Origin: Rotaria sp.
Taxonomy: Eukaryota
Direction: 5' to 3'
DNA: 11,363 bases
NCBI GenBank assembly: GCA_905331525.1
Contig: CAJNZF010000223.1
Coordinates: forward strand, 71,606 to 82,968
The notes below the pieces were generated by a model, which was not told where the DNA came from, searched no databases, and was given only the letters and a program-made list of their open reading frames with translations. Made by a program: the position numbers and the translations under genes. Of the stretch, positions 1 through 9,242 are shown in pieces (the stretch's first letter is position 1; the number at the start of each line of letters is the position of its first letter).

Positions 1-255
1 GTCTTTCTTTCGCCTACATATCATGATTGTAACTTGTGTTATAACGATTGGCGAGCGATTACAGATCGATTTATGGCCGGTTGGCAAGATCAACAGTCTC
101 AAAGACTTCTTCTCGTGAAATTAGGCGATTTTAATGCTGATAATCTCGGTCTTTTCGCTGATGATTGGTATCTAGATGCTGTAAACAAAAGTGATGAAGA
201 TGTGGTTAACATTATCGTTGATCGATGGAGCATGGTCCAAAACTTGTTAGTTTAG
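1..255 (+). CDS. Probable 3'-terminal exon (truncated at window start) of an unidentified protein
   Basis: Frame 1 is open from base 1 to TAG at 253-255: VFLSPTYHDCNLCYNDWRAITDRFMAGWQDQQSQRLLLVKLGDFNADNLGLFADDWYLDAVNKSDEDVVNIIVDRWSMVQNLLV*. Composition is protein-like (5 W, balanced charge, no low complexity). The first ATG is internal, so it probably continues upstream. No family recognised. Confidence 0.5.
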   Translation, partial: VFLSPTYHDCNLCYNDWRAITDRFMAGWQDQQSQRLLLVKLGDFNADNLGLFADDWYLDAVNKSDEDVVNIIVDRWSMVQNLLV

Positions 256-1649
256 TGACAGAGAAAACTAAATTTGTCTTCTTCTGTATGCTCGCTTCCA
301 GTTTCGCGTATTCTGAATCCAACATTTTCAAAAGCTGAACACTCGATAGTTTCAAAAGAGGACATCAACAAAACCAGATACTAATCTTTCGACGTTGAAT
401 TCAAGAAAAATTAATAGACAGAATGTGAAGATGAAATTCCAAACAATGGACTTATTATGCAGACATGAAAAGGTGCGAATTTCGTACTTTGCATACATAT
501 AAACGAACAAAAATTCATACAGGACATTTGCACAAAATCGAGAATGTATTTTGTTGATGAATGGGTATGAGCGTGGTCCTTCCTTTTGCCTGTACAAACT
601 TTTACACTCACGTTCGTACTCAATTTTGTTCAATTGTAACCGAAAAACAGCAACAATGGGAGTTCTGTTTTCGAATTTGTAGACCCCATTTCATTGTTTG
701 ATGTCTTAAGATTTCCATTTTTATTTGTCGAAAGAAAAAAAAAATACATAGCTTTTTCTATTGAAATTCGAATTGCAATTATTCACTGCATGATTGATGT
801 ATTTTATCTTAAATTCATTTAGTTCCTCGTTCCTTCTTATGAGCCTTTGCATCTTTTCAACAGGTCACTTTTGATCACAAACATGGCGATGATGACTGAG
901 TTTTGATAACTACTAAAGTCTTGTTTTGACATAAGCCTAAACAGATAGTTTCAATATGAATATCTATTGAATAAAGAATCTTTGACAATTACACATGAAA
1001 GGATAACCAATAATCATTTTCAGACGAATAAATGGCTTCACCTTCGTTGTTCCGTATGGAGGGAGGATGGAGTATGGATGACGATGACATCCGACGCCCA
1101 CACACAATCTTTAAAAAAATAGTTGAATTGCATAATATATGACTCAATCATATGAGTATCGCGTTACTTCATGTATCTATTACAATTACTCTCAACCTTC
1201 TCAACTTGTCTGTTTTATTTTGTTTTTTTTTCTTGTTATTCTTCTTATAGTTTTCGTTTCACTTTATTTTTGTTCGTCTTTTTTCATTCATTGTTTCTTT
1301 TGACAATTCTTGCTGATCACACAGAGATTGTTTCGTTTTTATTCGCTGCCCTCTTATTTTCTTCTAAAATTAAAACAAACAGCACTGAGTGAACAAGCAT
1401 TCGACAATTTTATCATTTAGTTTAATTCTCTGATTGTCATTTCAATGAGAAATTGGTGTATACGACGAAGCGATCAGTGGTTCATGTCGTTTAATCTCAT
1501 CTTAACTCATTCTATGTCTTCTATGCAAGCAACTTCTTCTAATCGTCCATCTTTTCTACGACCAAAAAGCTTTTGTCATATTACATGGCTTTGACATTAC
1601 TGTGAAATTTTTGTGTATTTTAAAGGCTCCAGAGCCGATCACCTTGTAC

Positions 1650-2109
1650 GAATGTAAATGATATTGTCGCGATCGGCAAAGAAAGAAGGTGTAAGAATGA
1701 AGCAAAAACAATGAATACTAGTCTACTTGAGATGATAAAGTATGGTGAACAAGCGATACTCGAACACTGTATTAGACTTGACACGCAAACATAATTTTTA
1801 TTTCGAGCATTCCATCAACGTTTAGGCGACTATTATGCTTTAGATGTTAAAAACCTAGGACATTACGAAACATTGTTTAATCTATACATCGAGCGTCACG
1901 GTAAACCCTACATTGGAATCGTTTATAGAGGGGCTACGTTGAAAGCTCGATAGATGGCAGAAATGTTCGGAAATACTTTAATCATAATTGATATCGAGGA
2001 AGTATCGGACAGCAACTGAAAAACAGTCGACATATCTAAGTTATCGATCATTCTAGATGAAGAAGAAGTCATACTCACACTAGTATATATGCTTTTTAAA
2101 ATCAAATAG
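1650..2109 (+). pseudogene. Decayed ADP-ribosyltransferase-like (arginine ART fold) coding remnant
   Basis: A single frame reads ...NTSLLEMIKYGEQAILEHCIRLDTQT*FLFRAFHQRLGDYYALDVKNLGHYETLFNLYIERHGKPYIGIVYRGATLKAR*MAEMFGNTLIIIDIEEVSDSN*KTVDISKLSIILDEEEVILTLVYMLFKIK*. Stops are at 1792, 1951, 2017 and 2107. The VYRG motif, the central FGNTLIIID stretch and the EEEVIL motif occur in the order seen in R-S-E class ARTs. Confidence 0.42.
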
Positions 2110-3620
2110 TCTGAATTTGATTCAAATCTCAATAAACATATCGTATACTTAAGCTCAACACTTTCTTTTGTCTATACATCTTATGTCAACGACATGAATG
2201 TTCGACAAAAAGATTCCCGTAAAAGAAGGCACCGTAATAAATATTGAAGAATCCTATGAAGATGACGACAAAGATACTAAGTACTAATTCATTTACGGTT
2301 GAACTATCTTGGTAATCATCACTTTCTTTGCGGTCTATGGGACATAAAACTTGTTCAAAGAAACATCAGAAAAGGTTATTTATCGTTGACATATTCGAAT
2401 AAAGTGATACAAATTACATATCGTTATAGACTGAATCGTTTCAAAAACGTGTCCTAGATCTAATGATGCATTGATGCGGCCGTGACAGTGAAGCATGAGT
2501 ATGGATGGATGAGACTGAAAAACAAGATCCACACCGACATCATAATTAATCTATAATAAGAAAAAAAATTCGTCATCGCTAAATATTTTTTTATACTCTT
2601 GTAATGCTTATAAATGAATATAAATCGAAAGATTTCCTTTTTCTTTTTTTGAAAGATATATTTTTTTGATCGCTTGATGTTTTTTATTGTCTGTCTTCTT
2701 TTATTTGTTATGTCGACCATTTGATACATAAGTTTGACTGATGTGTCTATTTTGTCCAACGGAATAGTTTGATCTATGTACCAGTGTTTGCTGTTGAGAA
2801 GGATGCTCTCAAGGCAGTTACATATTTCTAATTCCATTACTGGCTTCCAGATATACTTCGTACTTGAAAAAAAATGATATGTTAATAACATAGTAAAATC
2901 AATCTTCGTATGAATTAACATTACTAACAGCTACGAACAAAACGAGAACGGGAATGCGAAATCTATCAATTGATAATAATCAAGTATTAAAATGCACATT
3001 AAAAATATGGTTTGTAAAAAATTGAACTTTTATCAAATTGTTTTTTATTGTATAATGATCGAGTAAATGAATTTTGTTAGCAATTGAGTTCGACAAACTG
3101 CAATCGTTATCATCATTTAAGTAATGAAATTCAAGAACGAAAAAGATCTCTAATCATAAGAAACAATGAATTTCAGTACATATATTCATTTTCAAACTGG
3201 AATATAAATCATAGTGCTGAATTGAACGAGTGAGGATGTATTAAATGCTATCGAAATTGGTATTGCGAAGTTAAATAAATTTGGATAATTCTTCAATTTT
3301 AATTTTCTTTGTAAAAAGATTGGATTGATATTGAAATACAAAAGACGGTCTTCATGATATTAAATTCGAATTTAATAAAACAAATGAAACTGTACGAAAT
3401 CAGCTACGTTTGCTGTAGTTAGTCTTATTCATGATGATATTTTGTATTCAATACGATTACTTCTAAAAATCTTACATTGATCTCAGTCAACCACCTAACA
3501 ATCAATTTCCCATTCGTTTTGATCAATTTTCATCAAATATCTAGAGAACATGATGCTATCTGTCTGTTAATGTATTTGTTAGTTAAGCTTTACTTATTTT
3601 ATTGTTTGCATTTGAGTGAA

Positions 3621-3640
3621 ATATATATATATATATGTAT
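3621..3640. repeat. AT dinucleotide microsatellite
   Basis: (AT)8 followed by GTATATG. Confidence 0.8.
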
Positions 3641-3975
3641 ATGTTTCGATGTGGATATAAGTCTTCTTTTTACGCACATCTGTTTCTTTCTTATTTAATC
3701 TACTGTATTTTTTTTTCGTATACTAATCAAACAAAATGAATTCTGTCGAGTAAATAAATTAACTCATAGCTTTTCTATTCGTACACGATGCTTCATCATC
3801 CATATTCTTTTTTTTTTTTTGTTCTTCGTTCTATACTTCTTTTTTTTTGCTCTTATAGCAACGGCAGTCACGAATAAGACGTTTTTTTCCCTTTCCTTGA
3901 AAAAAAATGCACAAAAACGAAAGATGCACATTGAATAGAAAAAAAAAACGAGATGCGTTTGACGTATTCTCTTTT

Positions 3976-4487
3976 TTAAGCATGAAATGTTTGTATAGAT
4001 GGATTTGTTATTGTTGATGATGATACATCGATTGTTCTTGTTGTTGTTGCTGCCGTTGTTGTTGAATTCTCAATAGATCCTGTCGATGGAATATTAATTA
4101 CAGCTGAAGAATTTGTTGTTGATGCATTTTCATTAACATGAGATTCATATGAAGGTGGGGGTGATGTTGTTACAAAAAGAGTTCGTGGTTGTTCAGTTGT
4201 TGTATAAGGAGGCGGTGGAGTACGAAAACCTTCTACGTGACGCGAACGTTGATGACGAGAGTGTATACGTCGTCTTTCTTGTTGAACTGGTACTCTTGGT
4301 AATGATGATGATGAGGATGATAAATTTGAACCCATACTTGATTCATCTGAATCATAATTTAATTTATATTTCACACGGCAAATAACAAATACAATAATGA
4401 ATATACATGGAATACCAACTATAAGTATGAGACAAATAGTTAATAAAGGCCAAAACCATGCTGATTTTGTAAGAGAACTTTCAGTTT
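3976..4487 (-). CDS. Terminal exon of a single-pass membrane protein with a PPxY-containing cytosolic tail (Shisa/WBP1/VOPP1-like architecture)
   Basis: The frame extends upstream of the listed ORF: ETESSLTKSAWFWPLLTICLILIVGIPCIFIIVFVICRVKYKLNYDSDESSMGSNLSSSSSSLPRVPVQQERRRIHSRHQRSRHVEGFRTPPPPYTTTEQPRTLFVTTSPPPSYESHVNENAS...IQTFHA*. It has one TM helix, a basic stop-transfer, and two PPxY motifs (PPPPY, PPPSY). A putative splice acceptor (acatag|AAACTG) places the exon start near 4487. Upstream exons were not identified. Confidence 0.6.
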
Positions 4488-6676
4488 CTATGTTACATAT
4501 AAGAATAGATATATTTATCTTTATTTTTAGCGAAAATATTAGTTAAATATCCTACCGACTTGTGCGTTTGTTAATACTGAAAATATGAAAAATATAAAAA
4601 GCAATAAGAAATGAACCATTGCTATGAAGTCATTCGAATGTATTGCATATAATACAATTTTTTTTTTGCATTACTTTAAAGAAACCATACATATATACAA
4701 TTCATGATTAATGGAGCTTCGCAATGAAAAATTTTATTCGGATTGTTTATGAAGAATATTGAATAATACGAAAATAGGATTTGGATTTTTCTTCAATATT
4801 TCGACGATTCGCTTCAAAGGCTGAAGTTTCACAAATGATTGATTTATTTCCTCTCATCAGAATGAATTTTCCATTCAATATGATTCATTCGGACTGAATT
4901 CTTCACGGATGATTAGTTCTAATAAAAGATGCTGTTGATAAACACTTAAACTCAAAATATCGGACTAGATTAAAGCGAACTTCTATGTAAAATTTTTATC
5001 TTTACGAAGCTTTGAAATTCGCTTTCGTTGATTTTTTTAAGGAGTATTTTAATAGGTATGATGTTATTATTTTGTGCTTCAGACAACATTGGCGTTGTTC
5101 TTTCCAGATGTTTTTCTTGCACACACTTTGTTTTACATCATTCTTTCGATAAATTATAATACAATAATTGAAATTTCGTCAACTGTTTTCTTTTCATTAT
5201 TTAGATTGTATGATTGTATCTCAAGAATATACAACTCTTTCAAAAAAAAACAACGTCATTATAGTTTATCTGTGTTAGATTAATAAAACATGAGAAAAGC
5301 AAATTTAAAAAAATTTTCCTTGTCTCGAACACCTGCAGACACTTGTGCAATATACGTCAATTAGAATCAAATATAAATATGTGATTCTTATCTTAAATAT
5401 TAGTAATCTCCTCATGAATATACTGATATAAATGAAAAAGCAGTCTTTAAAAATCTCAATCAGTATTATACCTACTTAATACTACATAAATTTCAAGTTT
5501 CAAGCCTAACCATATTATCATGTACTATTTGCATCAATTTTCCAATAGTTTGAATTAGTGAATTTCCTAAATAAATGCTTAAAGTTTATTAGACCACAAT
5601 CAAGTAATCATTTTATGAAACTATATTTTAATTAATAATATTTATGCAAAATTCATCTAAACTATTACAACATAAAAAGCAACTAAACTATTAAGTAATT
5701 TACTTAATGTAATCTTTCAAAATTATCAAGTTTATAAACAAAAGACGGAGACGGACTTCGATGCTGTTGAACATTTGTTTTTGAAACAAAATATTGTAGT
5801 GCGAAACTAACTAACATTTGTGTGGTGAAAAAGTTGAGATCAATTTTATTATTTAGAAGAACAAAAAGACTTTGATACTATCGCTATCATTCTTATCTGT
5901 TATATTAAACACACTTTTATAATGATAATACATAATCAAACAAACTAGTACAATTTATGATATTTTTCTCTTATATAAATTATCTTATTGTTGCTTTCCT
6001 CTTTCCTGTTGATCATTTCTTCTCTGCAGTATCAATGGTCCGTTTTAATTAAAAGATTTATTAGAGTAAAATTCATAATGTACCTTACACATCAACAAAA
6101 ATCACACAAAGAATGATTATCACAAAATATGACAAAAATAAAATCTAGAAAAATATGTATGTCAATTTTTCATTTGAAAGATTCGATAATTGTTCTACTC
6201 AATGTAGAAGATTGAATAAGATGAAGTGGACAACAAGAACAAGTAATTAATAATAGATTGGGTAATCTATTTATTGATAAATTTAATTCATGATTAGTAT
6301 CCATAATTGTATTTTGAATCAATGGATATTTTTCTAATTTAAAATGATTCATTTATTTTCTTAGATTCAAATTCGTATATCTATAATGATCTAGAATTTA
6401 AAGAAAGAACAAATTATTTAATTATATTTAACATACTTTGATAGAAAACAGAAGATTGTAAACAATCTATAGTGGGATTCAATGTTTCGAGTAATGTCGA
6501 GTGTGTTAAAGTACCAAAACGAATTTCAATTAAAATTTAAAGAGTTATACCAATTAGAAACAAACTTGTCAATGCAAAATATTCCATAATATGAGGTAGA
6601 ACTTTCAAACAAATTGAATAGAATTTTATTCTATGATCTTTTTTAAATATTTAAATATTTTTATTAAATCTGTTTT

Positions 6677-7004
6677 CTATTTGACTTCTAAATAAAAGAA
6701 AAATTGTCTAAATTCATCATTCAATACAAATAAATTTCAATTTAATACTAATAAAACTTGTCGTTCAATTAAGTTAAAACCTTCATTTTTAATATCAGTT
6801 AATTCAACTAAATCAGAATTAAATAATTGTTCATCTTCACCTTCATCAATAAGATATTTATCAGCAAGTAATGTCACTATTACATATAATTCTTTTGTTG
6901 TTAAATTATCAATTCTTGCTAATCAACATAATGAATAAAGAGAACGTAGACGTTTCATATATAGAAGACTTAATACAAATACATATGATGATAAACTTCG
7001 TATT
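6677..7004 (-). pseudogene. CNPPD1-like / cyclin N-terminal domain gene remnant with in-frame stops
   Basis: After the acceptor-like sequence cttttttag (exon start about 7004) the minus strand reads ...IRSLSSYVFVLSLLYMKRLRSLYSLC*LARIDNLTTKELYVIVTLLADKYLIDEGEDEQLFNSDLVELTDIKNEGFNLIERQVLLVLN*NLFVLNDEFRQFFFYLEVK*. It resembles the CNPPD1/cyclin box pattern (Y..RLR ... LxADKYLxDEGEDE..F ... LNxxERxxLxxLxWxLxV). TGA stops are at 6925-6923 and 6739-6737, TAG at 6679-6677. Confidence 0.5.
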
Positions 7005-7048
7005 CTAAAAAAGTTTCAAAGCTGTTAGCACAATCTCTATTGAATTAA

Positions 7049-7663
7049 AATGCAAAAAACAATATAGCTGCTATTGTGTTTAGTACATACTTACAAATAC
7101 TTAATGCTAAAGCGCAATCGACATTAACTAAGTTTTATAATCGTTTATGTGATTTCACTCAATCAAGAAAAAATTCTGTCAAATCCTATGAATTGCATAT
7201 CGTTAGGAGAATTGATTTTTTTTTAAACGATAATTTTTTATTTTTTCTAATTCCTTGACAACATTTTCAATATTCGGTGTTCTTAAATTGTAGGCAAGAG
7301 AAAACGTATTTCAGTTAGATGTAAGACTATCCCAACCTTCGATTCTGTTAAGGAAATATCTAGGAGACCGAGATAAAAAATCAAGTTTTTACGTGTGTAA
7401 ATGGATTTTTCAATAAACGTCAAAGTATGATAATCAAGTTATTATCATTTGATAAAGATCTCTTCACCACTTCGAATGAAGAAAATGTTTATAGTTTTTT
7501 TTTTTATTTTTGAGATTCTCGAAAGTCCTCTAGTTAATGTTTTCTTTTTTAGAAAGTTTATGATTGCTTTGATATTGAACGTCGAATACAAAACCCTTCT
7601 TTCTCATTTGAAAATGAAGTATCTACTTATCAAATAAAAGTTATTCAAGTTTACCAGAACGAG
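7049..7663 (+). CDS. Candidate three-exon coding segment, protein unidentified (approximate exons 7049-7201, 7294-7392, 7553-7663)
   Basis: Three open blocks share phase 0 across plausible GT/AG sites. Block 1: ...AKNNIAAIVFSTYLQILNAKAQSTLTKFYNRLCDFTQSRKNSVKSYELHI|gttagg. Block 2: ttgtag|ARENVFQLDVRLSQPSILLRKYLGDRDKKSSFY|gtgtgt. Block 3: tttttag|KVYDCFDIERRIQNPSFSFENEVSTYQIKVIQVYQNE|gtatat. Only part of block 1 is in the supplied ORF track. Confidence 0.3.
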
Positions 7664-8363
7664 GTATATAAAAAGAAATTTCTTTAAAATTTGATAATTT
7701 TCTGCAAAAAGCAATTTAAAAAAAAAAGTATATACATTTTTTTATATGTTTCTAGAGACATTTCTGATATCAGCGTATAACATGATGATATTTATCTACT
7801 AAATAAAAATTAGAGTCTTTTCAACTAGCAATAACAGAGGATGATTAGTTCTTAATAAAACATCCCACGCTGATTGCATAGCACATTCAATCACTTAATT
7901 AATAAAAGAGCATTTTCTTTTCTAAAATCTTTTGAAAGGAGAATAATCTGACTCCCTCGCTGCATCTACGTGAGTATTAACTCAAATGAAGAAACGTTCG
8001 ATCTTCATCATAGATTTACAAAAAAAAAGAATAATATCTTACGAAAATTAGACAAAGTAGTATCGTCAAGTATAAAATCATCAATTTTATTCTATGATAA
8101 ATCTATAGATGAATAGTTTTATGAGAAATTTTTCATAGCCATTTAAATAAATATACTATGATAATATTTTATTAATTATTTCGATCGAAATAATCATTAA
8201 AAAATATCTAAAATATGAAATATTTAATTTTTAAAATCTTCTATCGCGCGTGTTTTTTTTTCTCTCTAATAATGTATTCTAAAAGTAGAATCATCTGATA
8301 ACTAAAACTAACTTATTTAAAAATTCTTGCTTGCCTTCGTTTTTCTTTTTCTCATTTTTCATC

Positions 8364-9134
8364 ATGCGAGCATCATCGAATAATCATTATAAAACATCTT
8401 TACCCTTTACTAATATTCAAATTCATACAAAAAAATCCTCGGAAGATGATACAGGTTATGAAAGTCTACCAAATCAATTCGAAAAACAACAAAGAATAAA
8501 TAGTAATGCTGGTCTTTCATCATTGTCTTCACCATCAAATAATGAAGTTACTCGTATAGTGGAACTAGTAAAAAATATTCCATCACCTACAGATATATCA
8601 ACTACAAATGAAACAAGTTATATACCTCTATCAGTAGCTGAACGTAGAGCAGAATTTTCTAAAAGAACTCAACCAACAACAACAACACTAATTCGTAAAA
8701 CAAATCGTACACGTATTCGGCCAATACCAGATTCTACAAGTGATAGTGCTGATTCACATGTTTTACCAAATCATGTTGTATTTCTTTCATCATATCGACA
8801 ACAAATATCACAAACACCAACAATATCATCGATTAATATTCCATCATTTGGTGGAAATTTAGAATATATACATGATAATCGTTATGATTCAACAACAACA
8901 GTTGATCATGTTAAAAATGATGTTATTGCTATTGAATTAATGGAACAACAACAACAACAACAACAGCCGAGTCACACATTAGATAGTCTTATTCATAATA
9001 AACAACAATTATCATGGATAAATCGTTTAGGTGAATCAATACGTTTATTACCAGCTAATGTTCTAGCTATTGTTTTTATGGGATTAATTGGTGGACTTTT
9101 TGTTTCAGTTATATTTGTTATTATTATAGCATAA
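8364..9134 (+). CDS. Single-exon, Ser/Thr/Gln-rich predicted protein with a C-terminal hydrophobic (tail-anchor-like) segment
   Basis: The track start at 8331 is TTG; the first ATG in frame is at 8364 (MRASSNNHYKTSLPFTNIQ...), with stop TAA at 9132-9134. It contains a polyQ run (ELMEQQQQQQQPSH) and ends ...ESIRLLPANVLAIVFMGLIGGLFVSVIFVIIIA*. The length of the open frame in AT-rich DNA supports coding. Confidence 0.75.
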   Translation: MRASSNNHYKTSLPFTNIQIHTKKSSEDDTGYESLPNQFEKQQRINSNAGLSSLSSPSNNEVTRIVELVKNIPSPTDISTTNETSYIPLSVAERRAEFSKRTQPTTTTLIRKTNRTRIRPIPDSTSDSADSHVLPNHVVFLSSYRQQISQTPTISSINIPSFGGNLEYIHDNRYDSTTTVDHVKNDVIAIELMEQQQQQQQPSHTLDSLIHNKQQLSWINRLGESIRLLPANVLAIVFMGLIGGLFVSVIFVIIIA

Positions 9135-9149
9135 ATCTAGAATATGATA

Positions 9150-9155
9150 TTTATT
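9150..9155 (-). promoter_or_regulatory. Candidate polyadenylation signal AATAAA for the minus-strand TMBIM4-like gene
   Basis: TTTATT on the plus strand (AATAAA on minus), 87 bp past the stop codon at 9243-9245. Confidence 0.35.
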
Positions 9156-9207
9156 ATAAGAGAATATGATTTTTGCTTTTACATGATTAGTAGAGAGACA
9201 ACAATGA

Positions 9208-9213
9208 AATAAA
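9208..9213 (+). promoter_or_regulatory. Candidate polyadenylation signal AATAAA for the 8364-9134 gene
   Basis: AATAAA lies 74 bp downstream of the stop codon. Confidence 0.35.
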
Positions 9214-9242
9214 ACAAAAGTTCTATGATTTTTTTTTTACTG

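Noticed and set aside
352-633. Minus-strand ORFs 93 aa and 70 aa
   Set aside because: They overlap in different frames with a skewed, low-information composition. No family resemblance or convincing splice context.
1171-1392. 73-aa plus-strand ORF
   Set aside because: F/L/S-rich translation of a pyrimidine-rich tract (LFYFVFFSCYSSYSFRFTLFLFVFFHSLFLL), typical of low-complexity DNA.
1923-2132. 69-aa minus-strand ORF
   Set aside because: Antisense to the ART-like frame, whose motif content is far more convincing.
2460-2921. 153-aa minus-strand ORF
   Set aside because: It contains a long Lys/Phe/Ile run from A/T homopolymers (KRSKKYIFQKKKKEIFRFIFIYKHYKSIKKYL) and no recognised motif. Length alone is weak evidence at this AT content, though a real gene cannot be fully excluded.
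3477-3698. 73-aa plus-strand ORF
   Set aside because: It runs through the AT microsatellite (YIYICICF) and T-rich sequence; likely spurious.
5074-5283. 69-aa plus-strand ORF
   Set aside because: Generic hydrophobic/AT-driven composition with no domain or splice support.
6737-6925. In-frame TGA codons as evidence for an alternative nuclear code or selenocysteine recoding
   Set aside because: The same frame also meets TAG (6679-6677), the TMBIM4-like gene uses TGA as its terminal stop, and other genes here use TGG for Trp. Pseudogenisation is simpler.
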